From positions 448,001-512,000 of the forward strand of contig CBDEUK010000002.1 in NCBI GenBank assembly GCA_965243205.1: 64,000 nucleotides of DNA. The letters are read 5' to 3'. Below the pieces are notes generated by a model. The model had not been told where the DNA came from, made no database searches, and saw nothing but the letters and a program-made list of their open reading frames with translations. Position 1 is the stretch's first letter; the number at the start of each line of letters is the position of its first letter. This DNA comes from Gammaproteobacteria bacterium (GTDB lineage: Bacteria > Pseudomonadota > Gammaproteobacteria > Eutrophobiales > Eutrophobiaceae). Position numbers and translations under genes: made by a program. This document shows positions 39,840 to 50,703 of the stretch, piece by piece.

Positions 39840-40073
39840 TTAACCACCCGTTACAGGTGGGAAAAAGGCCACTTCATCGCCATCATGTATCTGTGTATCT
39901 TTGGTTACGTATTCCATATTAATTGCAGATTTGATTGTTTCCGCCAAATCATTATTACCTGACACCTGTTGCCAAAGTTGCTGTACAGTAGTGTTTGGCT
40001 TCAGCTCAAGTGCTTCTTCTGAACAGCCGATAGCTTCTTTCAGACTTGCGAAATATTTTACTTTAACTTTCAT
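39840..40073 (-). CDS. moaD: Molybdopterin synthase sulfur carrier subunit
   Basis: YFASLKE; C-terminal FFPPVTGG. Confidence 0.96.
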   Translation of the reverse strand: MKVKVKYFASLKEAIGCSEEALELKPNTTVQQLWQQVSGNNDLAETIKSAINMEYVTKDTQIHDGDEVAFFPPVTGG

Positions 40074-40186
40074 TTAAATATTTAATATTATCAATAATTT
40101 ATAAATTAGTCTTAATGTTAATAATTGGTTATTTATAGTGAATATTGTACACTATTCTTAATCATGAATTTGGATCAGAATAAACT

Positions 40187-40666
40187 ATGAGCAAATTAAC
40201 GCATTTTAACGCCCAAGGCGAAGCCCATATGGTAGACGTTGGTGATAAAGCAATTACACACCGCGTTGCTGTCGCCGAAGGAGCTATATCTATGCAGGCA
40301 GAAACATTGAAAATGATCCAACAAGGGGAACATAAAAAAGGCGATGTGTTAGGCATTGCTCGTACAGCGGGGATTATGGCTTCGAAAAAAACTTCGGAAT
40401 TGATCCCCTTATGTCACCCTATTTCGTTAACGCATGTTGAAATCGATTTAGCCACCATTCCTGATTTAAACCGCGTCCATTGTGTAGTAAGGACAGAGTC
40501 TCGTGACCAAACTGGCGTTGAAATGGAAGCGCTTGCCGCCGTTCAAGTAACGCTATTGACCATATATGATATGTGTAAAGCTGTAGATCGAGGCATGGAA
40601 ATATCACAAGTACGTTTATTAGAAAAGTCTGGCGGTAAATCTGGAGATTGGAAACGAGAAGAATAA
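40187..40666 (+). CDS. moaC: Cyclic pyranopterin monophosphate synthase
   Basis: [34 protein letters not shown]. Confidence 0.97.
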   Translation: MSKLTHFNAQGEAHMVDVGDKAITHRVAVAEGAISMQAETLKMIQQGEHKKGDVLGIARTAGIMASKKTSELIPLCHPISLTHVEIDLATIPDLNRVHCVVRTESRDQTGVEMEALAAVQVTLLTIYDMCKAVDRGMEISQVRLLEKSGGKSGDWKREE

Positions 40667-41185
40667 TTAAGCAATCTCCTTGGCTAAATATTCTAACGTT
40701 CGATTAAACGTGGCTTGAATAACCCAGGCATCGCTACTGGCACGATGTCGAATCAGTTTTTCTTCTTCAATTACCTCTTGTTTCGTTTTATCCCAAATAA
40801 GCATTTGCTGCTCACTTAATAGCATTTCAAGCGGACTTACATAAAACTCCATATCTACCTGAGCATATTGAAATAATGTAATTAACCAAGGTTTATCGAC
40901 TACCCAACCATCTGAATAAATAGTTTTATTCTTTAGAAGGCCATTTAATTCAAGTGCAACTTTTTGAACCGATTTACCATATTGAAATAAACAATCTCGA
41001 GTAATCCCATGAATTTGTTCGGCACTTTTATCCCAATGTTTCCATTCATCTACTGGTGTTATTAAGGTGCAAAACTTTACATCCTGTTCTAATACAATTC
41101 CGACTTCAATTGGATAACTATCGATTCCAAATCCAGAAGCTTCAACATCAATAATGAAAGGATTTCTTTTGTGTCCTTCTAACAT
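40667..41185 (-). CDS. DEDDh-type 3'-5' exonuclease-like protein
   Basis: IIDVEASG, AEQIHGI, HRASSDA. Confidence 0.78.
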   Translation of the reverse strand: MLEGHKRNPFIIDVEASGFGIDSYPIEVGIVLEQDVKFCTLITPVDEWKHWDKSAEQIHGITRDCLFQYGKSVQKVALELNGLLKNKTIYSDGWVVDKPWLITLFQYAQVDMEFYVSPLEMLLSEQQMLIWDKTKQEVIEEEKLIRHRASSDAWVIQATFNRTLEYLAKEIA

Positions 41186-41224
41186 TTGTTATTTATCCCT
41201 TTTACTACGGTTTTAACAATAGGA

Positions 41225-41251
41225 TTAACGATAAAATTCATAAATTCTTTA
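41225..41251 (-). promoter_or_regulatory. Putative sigma28 promoter
   Basis: TAAA-N15-ATCGTTAA on the - strand. Confidence 0.4.
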
Positions 41252-41335
41252 AAGAAGTTTTTCTAATAATTACGCATCATGTATTATTGATACTACAATA
41301 TTATTACCGCATTAAACTCGTATCTATTATTTTCA

Positions 41336-42238
41336 ATGCAGCAATTCAAATACATTCTTTCTTGGGTCCTGTGGCCGGCTTTATTCATCATCTGTTGTTT
41401 GATTACCCAATTAGGTTTTCACTATGATTCGCCGATTCTTTATTTCAATATAGCCTATTTATTTTTAATTGTTTCGTTATTTTTCCTTGAGCAATGGATG
41501 CCCCATGAACGTGCATGGCTAGAACCAGATGGGCAAAACATCGCTAGTATTTTGCATACTTTAACCAGTAAAGGTACTGTGCAAGGAATATTATTATTCA
41601 GTGGCGTGATCGGTTTTGCTGAATATGTTACTCCGCTTTCAGAGCCAGCATATTCTATTTGGCCTAGAGATTGGCCTTTATGGACACAGGTCCTTCTCGG
41701 TGTGACTGCTGCAGAGTTTGGTCTTTATTGGGCACACAGACTCGCACATGAAGTTCCATTGATATGGCGCTTTCATGCCATTCACCATAGTGTTACAAAA
41801 TTATGGTTTTTAAATACCGGTCGCTTCCACTTCATCGATAGTTTATTCAGTATCGCTCTCGGTATTTGTATCTTATTAGCGCTAGGCGCTCCATTAGAAG
41901 TTGTGACATGGCTAAGCGCGATTACGGCCTTCATCGGCATGTTAACCCATACCAATGTTGAAATGCGTTTTGGTTGGATAAACTATATATTTAATACACC
42001 AGGCCTACATCGTTGGCACCATTCAAAAAAAATTCACGAAGGTAATACAAATTACGGTGAAAATATTATGTTATGGGACATAATTTTTAACACTTTTTAC
42101 AATGCAGATTACCGCCCACCAAAAGATATTGGCATTAATGATCACATGCCAAAACGGTTTATTCATCAACTAGCTTGGCCATTCTTAAATCAACAGCAAA
42201 AAACCAAATTAGACTCTGAATATAGGTCAAATATTTAA
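41336..42238 (+). CDS. Sterol desaturase/fatty acid hydroxylase family protein
   Basis: His boxes HRLAH, HAIHH and HRWHH; NYG..WD. Confidence 0.9.
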   Translation: MQQFKYILSWVLWPALFIICCLITQLGFHYDSPILYFNIAYLFLIVSLFFLEQWMPHERAWLEPDGQNIASILHTLTSKGTVQGILLFSGVIGFAEYVTPLSEPAYSIWPRDWPLWTQVLLGVTAAEFGLYWAHRLAHEVPLIWRFHAIHHSVTKLWFLNTGRFHFIDSLFSIALGICILLALGAPLEVVTWLSAITAFIGMLTHTNVEMRFGWINYIFNTPGLHRWHHSKKIHEGNTNYGENIMLWDIIFNTFYNADYRPPKDIGINDHMPKRFIHQLAWPFLNQQQKTKLDSEYRSNI

Positions 42239-42259
42239 CATAGAATTCCAAATTACATC

Positions 42260-42286
42260 TTAAGTATTTTTAAAAATTGCCGTTAA
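42260..42286 (+). promoter_or_regulatory. Putative sigma28 promoter
   Basis: TTAA-N15-GCCGTTAA (7/8 at -10). Confidence 0.5.
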
Positions 42287-42319
42287 TATTTCATTAGAAT
42301 ATTCTAATTTTTTAATGAA

Positions 42320-44113
42320 ATGGCTGACAATAAACAAGCAAAAATTGGACGTTTTGAAGTATTGGAACGTATCGGTGAAGGATTTCATGGCAAACTCTAT
42401 CTGTGTTGGGATCCCACTCTAAAACGTAAAGTCGCGTTAAAAGTCATTACTCAAGCGCAAGGTGATGTAGAAATTGCCAAAGAAGTCGTTGACGAAGCGC
42501 TGATGGTCGCTCGTATTTCTCATCCTAACGTTATTCCTATATACGAAGCATCAATCGAAAATAACACTCCTGTTATGGTGTTTGAATTCGTTCAAGGAAT
42601 GACTTTAAAAGAATATTTAGAGCAACATGGTGCTTTTAATGAAAAAGAAGCATTATCCATCATGGTTAGAATTGCTGTGGGATTAGCTACAGCTCATGAA
42701 CAAAATATTGTACATCTCGATCTTTCCCCAAATAACTTCATGATTGATGAAGAGACTCGACCAAGAATTATGGATTTTGGTTTAGCCCGTTTAGCAACAA
42801 AAACTAAAGAAGAAAATTTAGAAAATAAAGTATCAGGCACACCACGTTATATGAGCCCTGAACATTTAAATGGTGAAGATTTTTCACCCGCATCGGATAT
42901 ATTTACCTTAGGTTTAGTATTTTTTGAATTATTGACGGGTAAAAAGGCGGTAGAAAAAAATTCCTTATTAGAAGTATTTCTTGCGATTGAAACTGCTGAT
43001 ATTAATTGGCGAGCAATTCAATATTTTGGTATATCGCCACATGTTATTGCTATTCTTAAAAACATGATTAATGTTGATCCCAAACAACGTTATCAAACAG
43101 CTTCAGAACTCGTCGTTGATTTAGATAAAGTCATACAATCTTTAAATCAAGATGTAAAAGATTCCCTAGCATTAGAATTTTTATTACGACGTTTAGAGCG
43201 AAACCCTGACTTTCCGGTTTGTTCACAAAAGATTGCCGAAATAAATAAATTAACCGATGTTTCAAGCAACACTGATTTTATTAAAATCGCAGATCTCATT
43301 ATTAAAGATTATTCCTTGACCAAACGAGTAATGACAGTTGCTAATTCTGTCGCGTTTAATCCATTAGGCGGTAATATTACAACTGTCTCACACGCCATCT
43401 CAAAGTTAGGGTTAAAATTAGTTAGGATGATATGTACGAATGTCATCTTACAAAATCAATCTAAAACATTAGATGATAATTTAAAAGATGAATTGGTTAT
43501 TTCATTCGTTGCAGCATTAATAGCAAAAGAACTCACAGAAATAACTAATAAACGAATTGCAGAAGAAGCGTTTATATGTGCTTTATTTCATCGGTTAGGT
43601 ATACACTTGCTCGCATTTTATCTAACCGATGAATATTTAGATATAGCCCATTACACTCAAGAAGGTATGGATATTAACGATGCTGAACATAAAGTATTGG
43701 CAACCAGCAGTAATGCTTTAGGTCAGCATATTGCCAAAAAATGGAATTTTCCCGAAGATATTATTAATAGCATGAAACGTTTACCATTAGGTAAATTAGA
43801 AGCGCCTACTAATGAACAAGATTTTTTATCCCATATTAGCAACTATACAAATGAGCTTTGTTGTTTAATTCATCTGAGCAAAGATAATGAAAAACTAATT
43901 GGGGAATTAAATCAATTCATTCAACGACATCATAATTTCATAAAACAAGATATTTTTAATATTGTTGAAACACTTAACAATATTACTGAAGAGATAAAAA
44001 TTATCTCTCCAGATTTAGGTGTGAGTTATCAAGGCAGTAATTTTTGTTCTAAATTAGAACAATTAGTGTCTGAAGTTTTAAAAAACCAAGAAGAAATATT
44101 ACAGATTGCTTAA
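42320..44113 (+). CDS. Ser/Thr protein kinase - HDOD domain fusion
   Basis: GEGFHG, VALK, HLDLSPNN, DFG and GTPRYMSPE; HDOD region D.SLTKRVMTVANS...ALFHRLG...WNFP. Confidence 0.88.
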   Translation: MADNKQAKIGRFEVLERIGEGFHGKLYLCWDPTLKRKVALKVITQAQGDVEIAKEVVDEALMVARISHPNVIPIYEASIENNTPVMVFEFVQGMTLKEYLEQHGAFNEKEALSIMVRIAVGLATAHEQNIVHLDLSPNNFMIDEETRPRIMDFGLARLATKTKEENLENKVSGTPRYMSPEHLNGEDFSPASDIFTLGLVFFELLTGKKAVEKNSLLEVFLAIETADINWRAIQYFGISPHVIAILKNMINVDPKQRYQTASELVVDLDKVIQSLNQDVKDSLALEFLLRRLERNPDFPVCSQKIAEINKLTDVSSNTDFIKIADLIIKDYSLTKRVMTVANSVAFNPLGGNITTVSHAISKLGLKLVRMICTNVILQNQSKTLDDNLKDELVISFVAALIAKELTEITNKRIAEEAFICALFHRLGIHLLAFYLTDEYLDIAHYTQEGMDINDAEHKVLATSSNALGQHIAKKWNFPEDIINSMKRLPLGKLEAPTNEQDFLSHISNYTNELCCLIHLSKDNEKLIGELNQFIQRHHNFIKQDIFNIVETLNNITEEIKIISPDLGVSYQGSNFCSKLEQLVSEVLKNQEEILQIA

Positions 44114-44120
44114 ACAATTT

Positions 44121-44507
44121 TTAATCGTATTTTATATAGGCAAAACGTTGGTCGCTTGGCGTTCCTTCCAAATCATTTTCTTCTAATCCTGGTTGCCACT
44201 GTACTACTTCTTCAATTTTTTTAGCAAGTTCAAAATCTTTATCAGTAATGCCTTTAGCAGCATGATTCATTAATTTTACAATGACAAATGCATATGAAAC
44301 GGTTAAATCAGGATGATGCCAAGCCGCTTCCGCTAAATGTCCAACTGTATTCACAACCATTAGAGTACTTTTCCAACTATGGGTTTTGTATTTACGACGG
44401 ATCCAATCGCCTTCATATTTCCAGTTAGGTAATTCTTCTGCCAAACGTGCGTTAACCTCTTCTTCTGAATACACTTCATCTTTAGTTTTATTGCGCCATT
44501 GAGCCAT
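44121..44507 (-). CDS. Pterin-4-alpha-carbinolamine dehydratase (C1-cluster PcbD type)
   Basis: AEAAWHHPDL and HAAKGITDKDFELA. Confidence 0.9.
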   Translation of the reverse strand: MAQWRNKTKDEVYSEEEVNARLAEELPNWKYEGDWIRRKYKTHSWKSTLMVVNTVGHLAEAAWHHPDLTVSYAFVIVKLMNHAAKGITDKDFELAKKIEEVVQWQPGLEENDLEGTPSDQRFAYIKYD

Positions 44508-44520
44508 AATTTTTCTCCCA

Positions 44521-45228
44521 CTAAATCGTTTTACGATAATTTACTTCAGTGATATTGATATGTTGTTTAATCCTATGTACTGCTAATTCATCGAGCTGAG
44601 AAACTCTATTATTGTCACTGCACAAAGCTCCACGAAAACCTAAATAATCTGGTTCTAATGGCAATAGATATTCAATATCTTCTAATTTTAATGACCCTGC
44701 CAAACCAGTAAATAAATTATTTTTTTTAGCTGTCATAACAAATTCATTCAGTTTTTCAAGACTGGAGTTTTTTAATAAAGAGCCAGAATTTTTATTTGCC
44801 GTATCTAACATCACGCCATAAATAATCGATGAATCTAATAATTTAATAACTTCTATATAATCGAATAATTTATCGGCAAAAAAAACCAAAACAATTTTTA
44901 TGTTCTGTTTTTTATATTCAATCAACGTTTCGAAGAGTTCTTGTGTAAAGCCATCATTGAATACACCAATCTTAATAATATCAACATTTGCATTTATCAA
45001 AGAATCGATAGAAGGCTTGACCTGATCCTTATCAAGAGGCTTATCGCCGATGGTTGCACTAATAGTTAGTTTATTTGAATATTTCTTAACAATTGATTCA
45101 ATAACGTCCATATCAACAGCACCTAGAGCACCTTGACTCGGTTCTTTCAAATCTAATATATCAACACCAGCTTTAACAACAATATCTGATTCAGTTATAG
45201 ATTTAACACTTGCAAGCATTCCTGTCAT
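44521..45228 (-). CDS. mfnB: (5-formylfuran-3-yl)methyl phosphate synthase, MfnB/Orf22 (DUF556)
   Basis: LASV, DLKEPSQGALGA, SATIGD, MLDTANK, GLAGSL, GFRGALC. Confidence 0.85.
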   Translation of the reverse strand: MTGMLASVKSITESDIVVKAGVDILDLKEPSQGALGAVDMDVIESIVKKYSNKLTISATIGDKPLDKDQVKPSIDSLINANVDIIKIGVFNDGFTQELFETLIEYKKQNIKIVLVFFADKLFDYIEVIKLLDSSIIYGVMLDTANKNSGSLLKNSSLEKLNEFVMTAKKNNLFTGLAGSLKLEDIEYLLPLEPDYLGFRGALCSDNNRVSQLDELAVHRIKQHINITEVNYRKTI

Positions 45229-45797
45229 GATTGTTGCTCTGCTTGCTGTATATAAAAGTCATCGATCTTATCCATCAACCAACCCCAAGCAGTTAATTCA
45301 CTTTCACCTGCTGTTTTATCAATTGAAATTTTATGATATTCAATTTCAGTCATAATTTTTTCTTTCGATAACATATGTAAGCGACTAGCAAGAATGGCTG
45401 CTTCTAACACAGCAGCTTGTGCACGATTAAAACCTAAAAAAGGTTTATGAATCACTTCATGCAAAATTTTACAATAGAACTGAGGTCTTACATCATCATC
45501 TTCGAATTTGATCACTTCTAACTCATGATGAGTTAAACAATCTTCAAGATGTTTACCTGTGATTTTTTCAGCATCAATAGTCTTCCAATCACGCCTTCCT
45601 GTTAAACACCCTGCAAAGATCTGCACATTATCCGTCATATTGATACAAACAGATTGTTCACGTTGAATATTACTCAACGTTGTAGAAGGTTTAAAAGGTG
45701 CAATAACAATTAAGTCATCTTCTTCTCGAATGCCCATAGGTGCGATATGAACTGAACCATCGTCATTCAATGTGGTTACTATTATTTCATGGATCAT
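45225..45797 (-). CDS. DUF447 family protein (Orf19 of the H4MPT cluster)
   Basis: EIIVTT, HIAPMG, FNRAQAAVLEAAILASRL, IDKTAG. Confidence 0.85.
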   Translation of the reverse strand: MIHEIIVTTLNDDGSVHIAPMGIREEDDLIVIAPFKPSTTLSNIQREQSVCINMTDNVQIFAGCLTGRRDWKTIDAEKITGKHLEDCLTHHELEVIKFEDDDVRPQFYCKILHEVIHKPFLGFNRAQAAVLEAAILASRLHMLSKEKIMTEIEYHKISIDKTAGESELTAWGWLMDKIDDFYIQQAEQQS

Positions 45798-45799
45798 AT

Positions 45800-47272
45800 T
45801 TAATCTTTTGTTTGTGCTTTCTTCTTTTTTTGCTCTCGACTCATCTTAACTGTCGAGCCTTCTTCTTTAAATAACGATTTTTTTCGTTGTTTTAAGTCAT
45901 GAACTGCTTTGGATAAAGCCTCTTCTTCATCTTCCGTCTTCATAGGTAAGGCTGCACCCCAATCTAATTCTTCATCCTGATGATAACGTTTGCCCAACTG
46001 CCAAGCGATTTGAGCTTTGGCTAGTTCAACTCCCATATAAAATGCATGCGGAGCATCTTCGTGCAATAAATCTAATTTAGGAAATAATTCAAATGGATCG
46101 GTATGCGTGTCAAAACCATCTCGATTATAAACGTGTATGCCATTATCCGATACCTGTACACGATAATTAGGGTCTTTTACATCCTTAGCTAATTCTTTGA
46201 TTTCTTCTGCAGTATAAGGAAATGGTTTTCGAGCATGTGTGGTTAATAAAGAACTATCTAACCCTTTTGGTAGGCTCTCCTCTTCTCTCGCTGCAAACAT
46301 CATACGTCGTGCTTTATCGGCTTCTCGAATAGCCGAACGTGCATGTGGGCTTACTTCTGTTGCTAATACGGCAGTGATGCGCATTTCCGAAATTAACCCA
46401 AATAACATAGCATTAATACCAGTCGTATCCGCTTCGGTTAGTTCGGTTAAGTTACCAATACCCATCATAATTTCTATATCCGGACATTGGGTTCGACATT
46501 CATGGTAGCGCAATATGGATTCGGTAAAACCAAAATGAATAGGATCGAGTATCGGATCGGCATAGAAAGGTTTATTTTGTTGAGCAAATTTTTCTATGAC
46601 TCTATACAAAGACTGCATATCGCCATGTTTATCAGGGATAAGTATTGGAATCGAATCGACTTCATCAGCTACCCAAGCCGTACTTTCTTTTAAACTTAAT
46701 AAATAATCGGCACCTGCTTTTCCACCGCGTAATAAATCATCAGTTTCTAACGAATCAACACTGACGATAAAACCTTCTTGCTTTAAGGTTTTAACAGTCT
46801 CTTCTAAATGAGGGAATGAAGTATCGGGTAAACAACCTATATCAATCACATCGGCGCCATCATCTCGATAGCGTTCAGCTCGCTTGATAATATCTTCGAT
46901 GGTTGATTGTGGAGCATCAACAATTTCAGCAAAAATTTTAGTATCGTATCTTGAAAGATCAACTGGTTTTCCATCACGACCGAAAAATACAGGCAAATCT
47001 TTTAAATCAATTGGACCGCGTGATATAGGAACATTTAACTTCTTCCCTAATTCTTCTAAATCTCCACGACATAAGCCAGGAACAATAATCCGGTCAAATC
47101 CATTGGCCTCTTCTAATCGACGACCAATCATCTCTGCTGTCATTAGTGCCGCAACACTAACGCCAATATTTTTAACTTCATATTCAAAATCCTTTTCAGG
47201 CATTGCATCAAGCACCCTATGCAGACGCTTTTCAGCTAATTTTCCAGTTAAAAATAATATCTGTTCAGACAT
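45800..47272 (-). CDS. Dihydropteroate synthase-like protein (Orf20/DUF6513), methanopterin biosynthesis
   Basis: FLTGKLA, VAALMT, IFAEIVDAP, GADVIDIG, DPILDP, GNLTEL, HAFYMGVELAKA. Confidence 0.85.
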   Translation of the reverse strand: MSEQILFLTGKLAEKRLHRVLDAMPEKDFEYEVKNIGVSVAALMTAEMIGRRLEEANGFDRIIVPGLCRGDLEELGKKLNVPISRGPIDLKDLPVFFGRDGKPVDLSRYDTKIFAEIVDAPQSTIEDIIKRAERYRDDGADVIDIGCLPDTSFPHLEETVKTLKQEGFIVSVDSLETDDLLRGGKAGADYLLSLKESTAWVADEVDSIPILIPDKHGDMQSLYRVIEKFAQQNKPFYADPILDPIHFGFTESILRYHECRTQCPDIEIMMGIGNLTELTEADTTGINAMLFGLISEMRITAVLATEVSPHARSAIREADKARRMMFAAREEESLPKGLDSSLLTTHARKPFPYTAEEIKELAKDVKDPNYRVQVSDNGIHVYNRDGFDTHTDPFELFPKLDLLHEDAPHAFYMGVELAKAQIAWQLGKRYHQDEELDWGAALPMKTEDEEEALSKAVHDLKQRKKSLFKEEGSTVKMSREQKKKKAQTKD

Positions 47273-47553
47273 TCAGACGCCTTTATTATTGGTTGATATG
47301 AACCAATTAATTGGTTTAAGACACGCAAATATTGCTATAAAAAGAAAGCGTAAAGTACGTGACTATATGCTAAAGTGCAAGCTTAAATATATTATAAGCT
47401 ATTAATTTCTATACATTTTTTATTTATAATACATTTTATAAAAATAGCAATTAATGCTCTGGCATAGTTCTAGCTCAGCATCATCGCATATGAGCTGGTA
47501 TGTCTATGATTCATATAAATTAATTACAACATACGATTTGGGAAAAGAAGTAA

Positions 47554-48468
47554 ATGCATATTCGATTATTAGGAACTGGCGCTGGTGGCGGCTTTCCACA
47601 GTGGAACTGTAACTGCGATAACTGTAAACGATTACGTTCAGGCGACATTAAAAGCTCTGCTAGAACACAGTCTTCGATCACTATCAGCGGCAATGGTACC
47701 GATTGGGTATTATTCAATGCTTCGCCAGATATTCGTGCACAAATTGAATCATTTCCTCCTTTACAACCTGCTCGAAAAATTCGTGATACAGGCATATGCT
47801 CCATTATTTTATGTGATGCGCAAATTGATCATACAACAGGCTTAATTATTCTAAGAGAGCATGATAAACCTTGGGATGTTTATTGTACCGATGCTGTACA
47901 TGAAGACATGACCACAGGCTATCCTATCTTTAATATCCTCAGTCACTTTCGTGGTGTGAACTGGCATGAAATAAAAACCGATCAATCTTCTTTTACCATT
48001 CCTAAAGCAGATAATTTAATTTTTACCGCGGTACCGTTAAAAAGTGAAGCACCTCCATTCTCTCCTCATCGCCATAATACTGTTCCTGGTGATAATGTTG
48101 GTTTTAAAGTTGAAGATACTTCAACAGGTAAGAACTTATTCTATGCCCCAGGTTTAGGCATTATTGAAGACCATGTTTATGATTACATGAAAGATGCTGA
48201 TGTGGTTTTAGTCGATGGCACCATGTGGACCAATGACGAAATGGCTAAACATGGTATCAGTAATAAACTTGCTAGTGAGATGGGGCATCTCGATCAATCC
48301 AGTAAAGGCGGCATCATGGAAACCTTAAACTCACTGGAAAAACCTCGAAAGATTTTGATCCATATCAATAACACTAATCCAATCTTAGATGAAGATTCAG
48401 ACGAGCGTAAAGCATTAGACGCCGCGGGTATCGAAGTTTCTTACGACGGTATGGATATTATTATTTAA
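47554..48468 (+). CDS. pqqB: PQQ biosynthesis protein B
   Basis: GAGGGFPQWNCNC, RTQSS, NASPDIR, MGHL, HINNTNP. Confidence 0.97.
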   Translation: MHIRLLGTGAGGGFPQWNCNCDNCKRLRSGDIKSSARTQSSITISGNGTDWVLFNASPDIRAQIESFPPLQPARKIRDTGICSIILCDAQIDHTTGLIILREHDKPWDVYCTDAVHEDMTTGYPIFNILSHFRGVNWHEIKTDQSSFTIPKADNLIFTAVPLKSEAPPFSPHRHNTVPGDNVGFKVEDTSTGKNLFYAPGLGIIEDHVYDYMKDADVVLVDGTMWTNDEMAKHGISNKLASEMGHLDQSSKGGIMETLNSLEKPRKILIHINNTNPILDEDSDERKALDAAGIEVSYDGMDIII

Positions 48469-48480
48469 TAGAGAGTTATT

Positions 48481-49203
48481 ATGACTGATAAAACACCTTG
48501 GACCAGAGAAGAGTTTGAACAGAAATTACGTGATAAAGAAAAGTATTATCACATTAACCATGAATTCCATGTCTTAATGAATGAAGGTGGTTTAAGTAAA
48601 GAAGCCGTACAAGGCTGGGTAGCGAATCGTTTTTATTATCAAACGACCATTCCAATTAAAGATGCAAACATTATGGCTAACTGCCCTGATCGAGATACAC
48701 GTCGTCAATGGGTACAACGTATCATTGATCACGATGGTGTAGAAGGTGAAGATGGTGGTATTGAAGCCTGGTTACAACTTGCCGAAGCAGTAGGCTTAAC
48801 TCGTGAAGAAACATTATCTTATGAACATGTACTACCTGGTGTACGTTTCGCGATTGATGCCTATACAAACTTTGCTCGTCGAGCTACTTGGCAAGAAGCG
48901 GCAAGTTCATCATTGACTGAATTATTCGCACCTACGATTCATCAAAAACGTTTGGATAATTGGCCTGAGATTTATCCTTGGATTGATGAAAAAGGTTATA
49001 GCTACTTTCGTAAACGTTTAACTGAGGCACGTCGTGATGTTCAACATGGGCTAGATATTACTCTAGACTATTATAAAACCCGTGAAGAACAAGAACGCGC
49101 TTTAAACATTCTACAGTTTAAACTCGATATACTATGGACTATGCTTGATTGTATGTGGATGGCTTATATTGAAAAGAAACCACCTTTTCATAATTGTAAA
49201 TAG
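48481..49203 (+). CDS. pqqC: Pyrroloquinoline-quinone synthase
   Basis: [38 protein letters not shown]. Confidence 0.97.
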   Translation: MTDKTPWTREEFEQKLRDKEKYYHINHEFHVLMNEGGLSKEAVQGWVANRFYYQTTIPIKDANIMANCPDRDTRRQWVQRIIDHDGVEGEDGGIEAWLQLAEAVGLTREETLSYEHVLPGVRFAIDAYTNFARRATWQEAASSSLTELFAPTIHQKRLDNWPEIYPWIDEKGYSYFRKRLTEARRDVQHGLDITLDYYKTREEQERALNILQFKLDILWTMLDCMWMAYIEKKPPFHNCK

Positions 49204-49211
49204 GATTAATT

Positions 49212-49484
49212 ATGGATACTAATAACATACCTGAAATTGCCCCAACCTTTCGTTTTCAATGGGAAGAAGCTCAAGACTGCTATGTTGTTTTGTATCCTGA
49301 GGGCATGGTAAAACTCAGTGGCAGTGCTGGTGAAATTATGAAACGTGTAACTGGTGAATTGAGTATAAAAGAAATTGTTAATGACTTAGAAACAACATTT
49401 TCCGAATCGAATTTAGAGGATGATGTTATAAAATTTTTGGAGGTGGCCTATGACAACGGCTGGATCAGAAACAAAGCAAACTAA
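49212..49484 (+). CDS. pqqD: PQQ biosynthesis peptide chaperone (RRE)
   Basis: [23 protein letters not shown]. Confidence 0.95.
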   Translation: MDTNNIPEIAPTFRFQWEEAQDCYVVLYPEGMVKLSGSAGEIMKRVTGELSIKEIVNDLETTFSESNLEDDVIKFLEVAYDNGWIRNKAN

Positions 49485-50616
49485 TGTTAATCCACCTCTA
49501 TGGTTATTAGCAGAGCTGACATACCGCTGTCCGCTACAATGCCCTTATTGTTCTAACCCTGTAGAGATTGCCAAATATCAAAACGAACTCAGTACAGAGG
49601 ATTGGGTTCGAGTTATGCAACAAGCTCGTAAGATGGGTGCTACTCAACTAGGCTTTTCAGGCGGTGAGCCATTAGTCCGTCAAGATTTAGAAGAACTCAT
49701 TCAGGAAGCACGTCATTTAGGTTATTACACAAACCTAATCACATCAGGCGTTGGCATGGATGAACAACGTGTTAAGCGTTTTAAAGACGCCGGTTTGGAT
49801 CATATTCAAATCAGTTTCCAAGCTAGCAATGAAGAATTAAATAACTATTTAGGTGGTACGAAAAGCTTTCAACATAAAAAAGATATGGCACGTATCGTCA
49901 AAGAATATGAATACCCAATGGTATTAAACATTGTCATTCATCGAAAAAATATTGATCAGATTCGTGACATATTAGATATGACTGTCGAACTCAATGCTGA
50001 TTATGTTGAACTCGCTAGCACACAATATTATGGCTGGTCACGTATCAATGTTGATCAATTACTACCTACACGCGAGCAGTTAGCGAATGCCGAAAAAGTT
50101 GCACAAGAATACCAAGAAAAAATGAAAGGAAAATCTAAAATCATTTATGTTATTCCTGATTATTTCGAAAATCGACCTAAACCATGTATGAATGGTTGGG
50201 GTGCAATCTTCTTAACGATTGCTCCTGATGGTACTGCTTTACCTTGTCATGAAGCTGGCCAACTACCGATCGAATTTCCAAATGTAAAAGATTACAGCAT
50301 TTCAGAGTTATGGAATGATTCACCAGGATTTAACCATTTTAGAGGCTTTGAATGGATGCAAGAACCATGTCGTTCATGCCCTGAAAAAGAAAAAGATTTT
50401 GGTGGCTGCCGATGCCAGGCCTTTATGATCACAGGTGATGCAGCAGCAACTGACCCTGTCTGTGATAAATCTCCGCACCATCAGGCATTATTAGATGATG
50501 TCGAACGTATTGGTAAATTAGCTGGCGATGAAAAATCTGGTGTTGTCAAAGAACAACCTCTGATATTCCGCAATATGAAAAACTCAAAAGAATATATCAA
50601 AGAAGAATCTGTATAA
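49450..50616 (+). CDS. pqqE: PqqA peptide cyclase (radical SAM/SPASM)
   Basis: [28 protein letters not shown]...GGCRCQA. Confidence 0.97.
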   Translation: MTTAGSETKQTNVNPPLWLLAELTYRCPLQCPYCSNPVEIAKYQNELSTEDWVRVMQQARKMGATQLGFSGGEPLVRQDLEELIQEARHLGYYTNLITSGVGMDEQRVKRFKDAGLDHIQISFQASNEELNNYLGGTKSFQHKKDMARIVKEYEYPMVLNIVIHRKNIDQIRDILDMTVELNADYVELASTQYYGWSRINVDQLLPTREQLANAEKVAQEYQEKMKGKSKIIYVIPDYFENRPKPCMNGWGAIFLTIAPDGTALPCHEAGQLPIEFPNVKDYSISELWNDSPGFNHFRGFEWMQEPCRSCPEKEKDFGGCRCQAFMITGDAAATDPVCDKSPHHQALLDDVERIGKLAGDEKSGVVKEQPLIFRNMKNSKEYIKEESV

Positions 50617-50703
50617 ATTATCAATTTTCTTTTTTGTAATTATTTAAATTATCTATAAGTTTGTAGATAATGCTCATCTTTATAATATTTCTAATAAAAA
50701 ATC

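Noticed and set aside
47298-47405. Short ORF MNQLIGLRH...IISY as pqqA
   Set aside because: No Glu-x-x-x-Tyr core or PqqA-like leader, and no RBS.
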